From a virus (lineage: Duplodnaviria > Caudoviricetes): a DNA stretch of 44,406 nucleotides. Where the stretch lies: the IMG/VR virus record IMGVR_UViG_3300021408_000010, positions 1 to 44,406 of that record; one strand, written 5' to 3'. The notes below the pieces were generated by a model. That model saw only the letters and a program-made list of their open reading frames with translations, did no database searches and was not told the origin of the DNA. Both the position numbers and the translations under genes were made by a program. Within the stretch, counting starts at the first letter, position 1. Each line of letters opens with the position of its first letter. Positions 1 to 8,077 of this stretch are shown in pieces.

Positions 1-86
1 TCCCAAAAATAGCTCCGGGGGAAGATTCTGGGGAAGTTTTTACCTCCTGGGGGTTCTCCGGGGGTCCAACTAGCAAGGAGATTCTC

Positions 87-365
87 ATGACCATCGAGCA
101 GGCCGTCATCGTTGATCAGGCGGAACTGAACCGGCACCAGGCCGCGACTAAGATCGCTCTGTTCAACGCGGATGGCACCCCTCGCACGGTCGCCGCTCAA
201 GCAGCTGCTCAGGCGGATGTGGGCGCTGTCACTTCCGTGGTCGCCGCTGGCGCTGCCCCTACCAAGGCGGAGTACGATGCTCTCCGCGTTGACGCTCTCG
301 CGACTCGGACTGTGCTGAACAGCCTTCTCGCAAAGCTTCGCACCGCGGGCGTTATCGATACCTGA
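87..365 (+). CDS. small virion protein, head-fiber/decoration-like
   Basis: AAGGAG RBS; Ala-rich; C-terminal APTKAEYDAL...LNSLLAKLRTAGVI resembles small phage head-fiber proteins (recall). Confidence 0.5.
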   Translation: MTIEQAVIVDQAELNRHQAATKIALFNADGTPRTVAAQAAAQADVGAVTSVVAAGAAPTKAEYDALRVDALATRTVLNSLLAKLRTAGVIDT

Positions 366-391
366 TTCGTCAGTTCTACAAGGAGAGCTAC

Positions 392-865
392 ATGGAAAGC
401 GACGATCAGGTTATGGTGGCTCTTCTTCCGATCATGTCGGATTGGGCCAACATTGAATTTCCTCATCTAACTTTGGTTTATGCGGGACGTAAGAGCGAGC
501 TCTCGCCGTCGGACATGGACGGTCTGGCCAAGGCGGCTTTCGCCATCGCGATGATGGGAACTCCGATCACCCTTCGCACCCTGACAAAGGACGTGTTTGG
601 CGAAGGCACGGACGACAGCCCCAAAGTGGATGTCCTTAGATTTCATCCCAATCTTGCTTTGCTGAAGATGTGGAACACAGTTAAGGAATGGAACGCCAGC
701 GACTTCGATTACGAGCCGCATTTGACAGTGGGGCCCGAAGGCACGTGGGATTCGAAGTCTTCCCCCGTCATGGTTGCGTTCGATGTCGTGTGTTTCTGCG
801 TCGGTAACGAGCGTCAAGAATTTCGTATGTCGCGCCGCCCGGATGGTGATGACTATGTCTACTAA
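392..865 (+). CDS. 2H phosphoesterase superfamily protein (2'-5' RNA ligase/Acb1-like)
   Basis: Two HxT motifs, PHLTLVY and PHLTVG, about 85 aa apart in 157 aa; AAGGAG RBS. Confidence 0.8.
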   Translation: MESDDQVMVALLPIMSDWANIEFPHLTLVYAGRKSELSPSDMDGLAKAAFAIAMMGTPITLRTLTKDVFGEGTDDSPKVDVLRFHPNLALLKMWNTVKEWNASDFDYEPHLTVGPEGTWDSKSSPVMVAFDVVCFCVGNERQEFRMSRRPDGDDYVY

Positions 866-1175
866 GATCATCGTGCACAAGAACCGAACCAACATCGTTA
901 GGGTTCGTCTTGGGATCGATATTTCAGGCGATGACTTTACGAGTGAGATCCGATCAGACACAAATCATACGTCCCTGCTAATCGCAACATGGAGTGTGGC
1001 TTTCACTACTGACGGTGTCGATGGTGAACTGACTTTGACGTTAGACGATGCCGCCACCGCGGATATCTCTGTCGACAGTGGCTTTATGGATCTCAAGCGA
1101 GTATCGGGCGGTGAGCCTTTTGCCGTTTTCGATAAGCCTCTCGGGGTCAGCTTCCAAGGTACGGTGACGGCATGA
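855..1175 (+). CDS. hypothetical, probable virion beta-rich protein
   Basis: Likely start ATG 855 (MSTKIIV) overlapping the upstream stop, within ORF 774..1175; ATGA-coupled to the next gene. Confidence 0.55.
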   Translation: MSTKIIVHKNRTNIVRVRLGIDISGDDFTSEIRSDTNHTSLLIATWSVAFTTDGVDGELTLTLDDAATADISVDSGFMDLKRVSGGEPFAVFDKPLGVSFQGTVTA

Positions 1176-2389
1176 GTGATGTCACCGTCTATGCTCGAAC
1201 TCAAATCATCGAGGTAAACGAAATGGGTAGTACTGTAGCGGTTGTCAATGCTGGTCCTCCCGGCCCTTCTGGTCCTGGGGGTAGCCTAACCGCCGAGCAG
1301 GCTGTCGATGCCGTTGCTGCCGCGCTTGTGCCGGGCACGGAGATCGAGATTACTTATGATGATCCTGCTGGCGAAATCACCATCGCCCACAAGCCCGACG
1401 AAGTTATTCATGATTGGGACGTTGATGGCTGGACGCCATTCGACACCGTTCTGATCAACGATGATACACCCACGGGTACGCCCGGTACACAAACCCTGTC
1501 TGTTGTGAGTCGCAGAGGCCGCATCACAAACACGGGTACGCAAGGAAGCATGCGAATCGTCTATCCTAGAGACGATACTGTCTGGATGGACTCTGAGATC
1601 ACCACACTTTGCTATGGCGGTAACGTCTTTAACAACAGTGGCACTAACCCTGCTCTTCCGCAAGGCGGGCATTTCCACCGGGGTTATTATGATGATGATG
1701 GCTTTTACCGTGCGATCATGGTGAACAACAATATTTTCTTGTCGGATGTTAACGTGATTAACGCTAATGTGTGGAATCATGATCCAGTTGAGGCGGCTTT
1801 GAATCCTGCTGATGGTCTAGATCTGGGACCAGCTGGCGCACAGAAGAACTATAATGATGATTTCCTAGGTCGCCGAGTTCGAATTACTGGCGCTAACCGA
1901 TTCGTTTTCATTGGATCAGTCAACGAGTTCCAGGTGACTCCCGGTAATCATGATCTTGCCGTTGGTAGCATGGTCACTGTTGATCCTCTTTTGGACTCAA
2001 CTTTTGCTCAGTCTACCCCCGCCGCTGTTCTTGGTGTGTCCGAGGGCATGGTTCAGATGCAGGATGCTGAGGCTGGTTCAGCTGTTACGTCGAAGTATGA
2101 GAATGGCTGGATCACGCCTAGCAGCATTCACGGTCAGAAGTATTGGCCTTACTGGCTGAAGTCTCGCCTGATCGGCAGCAAGCTGTGGGTTAAGGCTTGG
2201 CGTTACAATGCTCGAGAGCCAGATTGGGCCGATACTCGAGCTGTCTTTACTGCCGATTTTGCTGCGGCTAATAACCCTGCCCCAGACGCGCTGTATCCCG
2301 ATGAGGCAGGACACTGTGGTTTGATCGGTGCTCATATTCGGAACAGCCGTTGGTTTGACTACGGAATGTTCCAGGCAAGGAAGCTCTGA
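1172..2389 (+). CDS. putative minor tail/receptor-binding structural protein
   Basis: 405 aa; short collagen-like GPPGPSGPGG near the N-terminus, then a beta-rich G/N/T/D/aromatic region. Function inferred. Confidence 0.5.
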   Translation: MSDVTVYARTQIIEVNEMGSTVAVVNAGPPGPSGPGGSLTAEQAVDAVAAALVPGTEIEITYDDPAGEITIAHKPDEVIHDWDVDGWTPFDTVLINDDTPTGTPGTQTLSVVSRRGRITNTGTQGSMRIVYPRDDTVWMDSEITTLCYGGNVFNNSGTNPALPQGGHFHRGYYDDDGFYRAIMVNNNIFLSDVNVINANVWNHDPVEAALNPADGLDLGPAGAQKNYNDDFLGRRVRITGANRFVFIGSVNEFQVTPGNHDLAVGSMVTVDPLLDSTFAQSTPAAVLGVSEGMVQMQDAEAGSAVTSKYENGWITPSSIHGQKYWPYWLKSRLIGSKLWVKAWRYNAREPDWADTRAVFTADFAAANNPAPDALYPDEAGHCGLIGAHIRNSRWFDYGMFQARKL

Positions 2390-2412
2390 TATTTGCCTAT
2401 GAAGGGAGAAAC

Positions 2413-3294
2413 ATGGGCTGGCTAGATACCTATCCGCCTAAGCGGTCTCAGTTTCGAAGGCCTCGTCGTGCCAACGCCTCCGGTGTTGTGGTTGTACACA
2501 CCGCGGAGAATACGCCCGATTATGTAGCTTTCGATGGTGGCGCCGAGGCGGTTGCGAACTTCATCCGAGGCCGTAGTGATCCCGGGTCTTATCACGACCT
2601 AGCTGACAGTGATTCGGCCATTAACTTGGTTAGCTACGACTGCGAAGCTTTCCATGATGGCACTGGCAGCAACCCACATAGTTATGGCGTGAGTGTGGCT
2701 ACCCGCGCTGACGTCTGGCCTCTGGCTCCCCGCGCTTGGCGTGATGGAGCAGTTCGACAGGCTGCTATGTGTACCGCACGTTATGCTCGATGGCTAAAGG
2801 CTACCCAAGGAATCATCATTCCTGCGCGTCGCATTAGCCGAGCACAGTCGGAAGCTCGTCAACCGGGTTTCCTTGCGCATGGTGACCGAGATCCAGGTCG
2901 ACGTCATGACCCAGGACTTCATTTCCCGTGGGCCGCATTCTTGCATGCTTATTCCGAAGAAATGGGACAGAGAGAGGACAACACTGACATGGGACTTTCT
3001 GCACAGGATCGCGAGTGGATCGAGGGCCGAATCTCGCGAGTGGCCAGTCTCCTCACTACTGGTCGCGGCAACGCGATGGTCAACGTCAATGATCCGGACT
3101 GGGCCTGGGCTGACGATGTGGAGACTGTTACTCTCAATGAGCTGAAGTCGCTTGTTGGTGATGATGGTCGTCGACGTATGCTTGTCGCAGCTGGTGTTCT
3201 GGACGCCTTCGAGAAGCCCGGTGACAGCAAGATCGCGCAGCTCGAGACCGATGTGGCCGAGATCAAGGCGATGCTCAAGGAACTTACTGCGTAA
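2413..3294 (+). CDS. endolysin, N-acetylmuramoyl-L-alanine amidase (Amidase_2)
   Basis: Zn-amidase motifs VVVHTAE, SYH, AFH, LAHGD...RHDPG..FPW; C-terminal non-catalytic region. Confidence 0.85.
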   Translation: MGWLDTYPPKRSQFRRPRRANASGVVVVHTAENTPDYVAFDGGAEAVANFIRGRSDPGSYHDLADSDSAINLVSYDCEAFHDGTGSNPHSYGVSVATRADVWPLAPRAWRDGAVRQAAMCTARYARWLKATQGIIIPARRISRAQSEARQPGFLAHGDRDPGRRHDPGLHFPWAAFLHAYSEEMGQREDNTDMGLSAQDREWIEGRISRVASLLTTGRGNAMVNVNDPDWAWADDVETVTLNELKSLVGDDGRRRMLVAAGVLDAFEKPGDSKIAQLETDVAEIKAMLKELTA

Positions 3295-3315
3295 AATCGA
3301 TGGAAAGGAGACCAA

Positions 3316-3642
3316 ATGACTGGTAAGCGTAGACCTAGGCAGAGGCCGGCTACGACTGAAGCAGGTAGAGAGAATCAGTTGGTCTCCTTAGCTATCGATC
3401 TCGCCGAAAAACAGTTGATCGATGGAACCGCCTCGTCTCAGGTTATGACGCATTATTTGAAACTGGGTTCTACCAGGGAAAGATTGGAACAGGAAAGATT
3501 GGGTAAAGAGAACAATCTTCTTGATTCCAAGGTGGAACAGATTCAATCGGCCGGAAAGATAGAAGAGTTGTACGGAAAAGCATTGGATGCAATGCGAACG
3601 TACTCTGGACAAGAACCGGTTGATGAATATGACGAGGATTAG
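3316..3642 (+). CDS. putative terminase small subunit
   Basis: RENQLVSLAIDLAEKQL..GTASSQV..HYLKLGS pattern recalled from this phage group; upstream of HNH and large terminase; strong RBS. Confidence 0.55.
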   Translation: MTGKRRPRQRPATTEAGRENQLVSLAIDLAEKQLIDGTASSQVMTHYLKLGSTRERLEQERLGKENNLLDSKVEQIQSAGKIEELYGKALDAMRTYSGQEPVDEYDED

Positions 3643-4042
3643 GCGATATTCCGAGCTTAGAAATCTCGACACCTTTCAATATAGGTTCGAGTACCTTAAG
3701 CTGGGTGGTTCCGTTGCTCACCCCACCTTTGGTCACGACCGCCACATCAATCAAAGATTTTATCAGTCTTTTGAGTGGAAAAGGGCCCGAGATCAAGTTA
3801 TAACAAGGGATAACGGGTGTGATTTAGGCATCGATGGGTATGAAATCCATGTCGATATTCTTATCCACCACGTTAATCCCATGGATGTAGAAGATATTAT
3901 TCATGGGGAAGAGTGGATAATTGATCCCGAGTATCTAATTACGACAACGCAAAGGACACATAATGCTATTCATTATGGTAATAGTCTTCAGATCCCGCCC
4001 GTTGTTGTCGATCGTAAACCAGGCGATACAAAACTTTGGTAA
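3629..4042 (+). CDS. HNH endonuclease (packaging-associated)
   Basis: RDNGCDLG...IHHVNP...LITT...THNAIH; next to the terminase genes. Start 3623 or 3629. Confidence 0.85.
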   Translation: MTRIRRYSELRNLDTFQYRFEYLKLGGSVAHPTFGHDRHINQRFYQSFEWKRARDQVITRDNGCDLGIDGYEIHVDILIHHVNPMDVEDIIHGEEWIIDPEYLITTTQRTHNAIHYGNSLQIPPVVVDRKPGDTKLW

Positions 4043-4058
4043 CCACAAGGAGATCCCC

Positions 4059-4325
4059 ATGGAAGACAACGCTTGGCCCGAGCCCCCGAGCCTTCAGACT
4101 GTCGACGATACGGACGCCAATGCTGTGGCCGTTGATGACGAAGTTGACACCACATCCGAGGAGGATGCCCCCGTCGAGGACAGCGACTTGACCAAGGTTG
4201 CCCGTGAGGTTCTCGCCGGCAAGTGGGGTCTCGGCGTTGATCGTCGTCGCGATTTGGCCGAAGCTGGGCATGATCCGAACGCGGTCAAGAAGGAAATCGT
4301 TCGCCTTCTGAACGAAAGTCCTTAA
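4059..4325 (+). CDS. acidic leader plus a single Cpl-7 (CW_7)-like cell-wall-binding repeat
   Basis: VAREVLAGKWGLGVDRRRDLAEAGHDPNAVKKEI matches the CW_7 pattern (vA.eVi.GkwGnG.eR...L..aGyd...Vq); AAGGAG RBS before ATG 4059. Confidence 0.7.
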   Translation: MEDNAWPEPPSLQTVDDTDANAVAVDDEVDTTSEEDAPVEDSDLTKVAREVLAGKWGLGVDRRRDLAEAGHDPNAVKKEIVRLLNESP

Positions 4326-4349
4326 TAACACGAAGGGTGTGGGAGTAAA

Positions 4350-4703
4350 GTGAGCATCCTAAATAGTACTAAGCAGATCTTGGGGCTAGCCGCCGACTAC
4401 ACCGCGTTCGATCTGGACGTCCTTACGCATATTAACGCCGCTTTCTCCGTTACCAATCAGTTGGGCCTAGGCCCGGAAGAGGGTGTCTTCATTACGGGCG
4501 CTACCGAGGATTGGCCTGAACTAGGTCTTCCTGATAATCAGCTTAACATGATGAAAACCTACGTCTACCTCAAAGTCCGGTCCTTGTTTGATCCTCCGAC
4601 CACCTCCTTTGCCCTCGCGGCCATGGACAATCAAATCAAAGAGCATGAGTGGAGGCTCAACATGCTTCGTGAAGCTGCTCTTCCGCCGGTGGTGATCCCA
4701 TGA
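4350..4703 (+). CDS. head-to-tail adaptor/connector
   Basis: SIL.STK..LG...DYTAFD.D...HIN...YVYLKVR.LFDPP...EWRL pattern; GTG start with GGAG RBS. Confidence 0.65.
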   Translation: MSILNSTKQILGLAADYTAFDLDVLTHINAAFSVTNQLGLGPEEGVFITGATEDWPELGLPDNQLNMMKTYVYLKVRSLFDPPTTSFALAAMDNQIKEHEWRLNMLREAALPPVVIP

Positions 4704-5059
4704 GCGTTGAGGATGCCAGAATCTTTATCGAGCACTATGGTGTTAAGGGAATGAGGTGGGGTAAGCGCGGTGGAGCTTCTAGCACAACCAGGACCACGTT
4801 TTCGAAAGCCCCGAGTAAGCTGAGCACCACTGAGCTGAACAAGCGTATTGCTCGAATGGAGACAGAGAAGAAGTATAATCAACTTAATCGCAAGGACGTT
4901 TCCGAGGGTAAGAAGTTTGCCACCGAAGTCCTTACGGGAGCTGGTCGTAAGGTTGCTACTACGGTGCTTACTGGCGCTAGTTTGGTTGCAATCAAAGCGG
5001 CACTTTCTAGTAAGCTTGGCGAAGGTGTTGCTGCGGAGGCTACTCGACGACTTAAGTAA
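4700..5059 (+). CDS. conserved phage protein with HYGVKGMRWG motif
   Basis: N-terminal IEHYGVKGMRWG; basic helical body. Confidence 0.7.
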   Translation: MSVEDARIFIEHYGVKGMRWGKRGGASSTTRTTFSKAPSKLSTTELNKRIARMETEKKYNQLNRKDVSEGKKFATEVLTGAGRKVATTVLTGASLVAIKAALSSKLGEGVAAEATRRLK

Positions 5060-5067
5060 AAGGGGGT

Positions 5068-6816
5068 TTGGTGACTTTATCGAATACTGCAACTCCCGTT
5101 TACTATGGTGCGTTTCGAGAAGCTGTGCTTAGAGGAGACATTCCTGTTAATAGGGAAATCTCCTCAGAGATGAATCGAATCGATGACCTTATCGCCAATC
5201 CGAACATTTATTACGACGACAAGGCCATTGACGGGTTCATCAAGTACTGCGAGTTCGAACTAACGCTTACCGACGGCAGCGACCTCCATCTCCTGGATAC
5301 TTTCAAACTGTGGGCCGAGCAAGTTCTCAGTTGGTATTACTTTGTTGAACGAAGTGTCTACACGCCAAATGAAGATGGTCATGGTGGACGTTACGTCAAC
5401 AAGTTGGTTAAGAAGCGTCTCACCACTAAGCAGTACTTAATTGTCGCCAGAGGTGCTGCCAAATCGATGTATGCGTATCTCATACACGCATACTTTCTAA
5501 ATGTCGACACGACGACTACTCACCAGATTACCACTGCCCCTACGATGAAGCAGGCCGAAGAGGTCATGCAGCCGTTCAGAACGGCTATCGTTAGGAGTAG
5601 GGGCCCACTGTTTAAGTTCCTAACCGAAGGATCTTTGCAGAACACGACCGGTTCCAGAGCGCAGAGACAGAAGTTAGCCTCTACTAAGAAGGGGATAGAG
5701 AACTTTCTAACTGGGTCTCTACTTGAAGTTCGTCCTATGACGATCGCCAAGCTACAGGGGCTGAGACCTAAGGTCTCGACGGTTGACGAATGGCTGTCCG
5801 GTGATCTAAGAGAAGACGTTGTTGGTGCAATCGAACAAGGCGCGTCCAAGATGGACGATTACCTGATCATTGCCATCAGTTCCGAGGGGACTGTTCGTAA
5901 TGGTTCTGGTGACACCATCAAAATGGAACTCGCTACGATTCTAAAGGGCGAGTACCAAGCTCCGCATGTTTCGATTTGGCATTACAGACTTGACGACATT
6001 GAAGAAGTTAACGATCCGTCCATGTGGTTGAAGGCAAATCCGAACCTGGGCAAGACAGTTACGTACGATGTCTATCATCTGGACGTAGAGAGGGCTGAGA
6101 AAGCTCCCGCTACGCGTAACGATACCTTGGCAAAGCGGTTTGGGATTCCCATGGAAGGCTACACCTACTTCTTCACATACGAAGACACTCTCCCGCATCC
6201 GCCGAGAGAGTTCTGGAGAATGCCCTGTGCTTTGGGCGCGGACTTGTCACAAGGCGACGACTTCTGTGCCTTTACTTTACTATTTCCAATTTCTGATTAC
6301 GCCTTCGGGGTCAAAACTAGAAGTTACATTACTTCTTTGACTTTGATGAAGCTTCCTGCTGCCATGCGAATCAAGTATGAAGAGTTTATCACAGAAGGTA
6401 GCCTTCATGTTCTGGACGGAACCGTCCTTGACATGATGCAGGTCTATGAAGATCTAGATAGCTTTCTTGTAAGCAATGAATACGACGTGCGTTGCATGGG
6501 TTATGACCCGTACAATGCCAAAGAATTCGTCACAAGATGGGAAGCGGAGAACGGGCCTTATGGAGTAGAAAAAGTCATACAGGGCGCACGGACGGAATCG
6601 GTTCCTCTAGGGGAATTGAAGATTCTTGCCGAAGAACGAAAGCTGATCTTCGATCAGGCCCTTATGTCTTTCGCTATGGGGAATGCGGTAACGTTGGAGG
6701 ATACTAACGGTAACCGCAAGCTCATGAAAAAGAGAGCTGAAGAAAAGATCGACAATGTTTCGGCCGCGATGGATGCTTATGTGGCCTACAAAGCTTACAA
6801 GGAGGCTTTCGAATGA
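5068..6816 (+). CDS. terL: terminase large subunit
   Basis: Walker A-like VARGAAKS, Walker B STVDE, nuclease GADLS..DD and KIDNVSA; 582 aa, upstream of portal. Confidence 0.93.
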   Translation: MVTLSNTATPVYYGAFREAVLRGDIPVNREISSEMNRIDDLIANPNIYYDDKAIDGFIKYCEFELTLTDGSDLHLLDTFKLWAEQVLSWYYFVERSVYTPNEDGHGGRYVNKLVKKRLTTKQYLIVARGAAKSMYAYLIHAYFLNVDTTTTHQITTAPTMKQAEEVMQPFRTAIVRSRGPLFKFLTEGSLQNTTGSRAQRQKLASTKKGIENFLTGSLLEVRPMTIAKLQGLRPKVSTVDEWLSGDLREDVVGAIEQGASKMDDYLIIAISSEGTVRNGSGDTIKMELATILKGEYQAPHVSIWHYRLDDIEEVNDPSMWLKANPNLGKTVTYDVYHLDVERAEKAPATRNDTLAKRFGIPMEGYTYFFTYEDTLPHPPREFWRMPCALGADLSQGDDFCAFTLLFPISDYAFGVKTRSYITSLTLMKLPAAMRIKYEEFITEGSLHVLDGTVLDMMQVYEDLDSFLVSNEYDVRCMGYDPYNAKEFVTRWEAENGPYGVEKVIQGARTESVPLGELKILAEERKLIFDQALMSFAMGNAVTLEDTNGNRKLMKKRAEEKIDNVSAAMDAYVAYKAYKEAFE

Positions 6817-6838
6817 GCATTGATGAAGGGGGTGATTT

Positions 6839-8077
6839 ATGTCTGTAAAAGACCGTTTCAAAAGAGTTTGGAATGCCTTCGTAAGCCCCCAGAACGATCC
6901 CCATACTTCTGATGTTACATATGGGACTACTGCATACTATGGCGGAAGGTCTCCCTCGAGGATGACACTGCGCGTAGGTAATGAACGAACAATCATTACC
7001 TCGATTCTCACCAAGATGGGTGTGGACGCGTCTAGTATTCCGGTTCGGCATGTGAAGGTTGACGATCAAGGTCGTTATCTGTCCGACATGCAAAGCGCGT
7101 TTAATGACTGCTTGACGATCGAGCCTAACCTTGATCAAGCACCGAGAGCGTTCCGTCAAGACATTGCCATGACATTGTTCGAGAAGGGCGTTGCGGCTGT
7201 CGTTGCGGTAGACATGGCGCAGAACCCTAATGACTCTGGGTTTTCGGACATCTATTCCTTGCGCGTGGGAGAAGTTACTGAGTGGTATCCACAGAGAGTC
7301 AAGGTTAATGTTTATAATGAACGACTTGGTAGACGCGAAGAGATAATTCTCGATAAGAGTTATGTGGCTATTATTGAAAACCCACTATACTCTATCATGA
7401 ACGAACAAAACTCTACACTGCAAAGGCTGATTAGGAAGCTAGGTTTCCTAGACGTCATCGATGAGCAGTCCAGTTCTGGTAAGTTGGACATTATCATCCA
7501 GTTGCCGTACGTCATTAAGTCGGAAGCCCGTAAACAACAGGCCGAAGCACGAAGAGAAGACATCGAATTCCAGCTCCGTGGCAGTAAGTACGGAATTGCC
7601 TATACCGATGGCACTGAAAAGATTACTCAGCTTAATAGGCCGGCTGAGAACAATCTTTTGAAGCAGGTGGAATACCTAACCAACATGCTTTATAGTCAGT
7701 TGGGTCTTACTGACGAAATCATGAATGGTTCTGCTGACGAAGAGGCCATGAACAATTACTTTGGGCGCACTATCGAGCCCATCATTGATGCCATCGTAGA
7801 GGGAATGCAACGGGCGTTCCTGGGGATCAATGGAATTAAGTCACGTAAGGAACGTGTCATGGCGTTCCGAGATCCGTTCCGATTTGTCCCGGTCAAGGAC
7901 CTGGCTGAGCTTGCCGATAAACTTACAAGGAATGAGATCGTTACCTCTAACGAGTTCAGAGGCTTCATCGGAATTGCCCCGTCAAATGACCCCAAGGCGG
8001 ACAAACTGATCAACAGCAACATGCCTCAGGCTGAGCCTAGTGAAATGTTGGAAAGGGTACGTCAAAATGGAAGCTGA
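6839..8077 (+). CDS. portal protein
   Basis: 412 aa between terminase and protease/capsid; C-terminal LTRNEIVTSNEFR..G..P typical of HK97-like portals. Confidence 0.88.
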   Translation: MSVKDRFKRVWNAFVSPQNDPHTSDVTYGTTAYYGGRSPSRMTLRVGNERTIITSILTKMGVDASSIPVRHVKVDDQGRYLSDMQSAFNDCLTIEPNLDQAPRAFRQDIAMTLFEKGVAAVVAVDMAQNPNDSGFSDIYSLRVGEVTEWYPQRVKVNVYNERLGRREEIILDKSYVAIIENPLYSIMNEQNSTLQRLIRKLGFLDVIDEQSSSGKLDIIIQLPYVIKSEARKQQAEARREDIEFQLRGSKYGIAYTDGTEKITQLNRPAENNLLKQVEYLTNMLYSQLGLTDEIMNGSADEEAMNNYFGRTIEPIIDAIVEGMQRAFLGINGIKSRKERVMAFRDPFRFVPVKDLAELADKLTRNEIVTSNEFRGFIGIAPSNDPKADKLINSNMPQAEPSEMLERVRQNGS

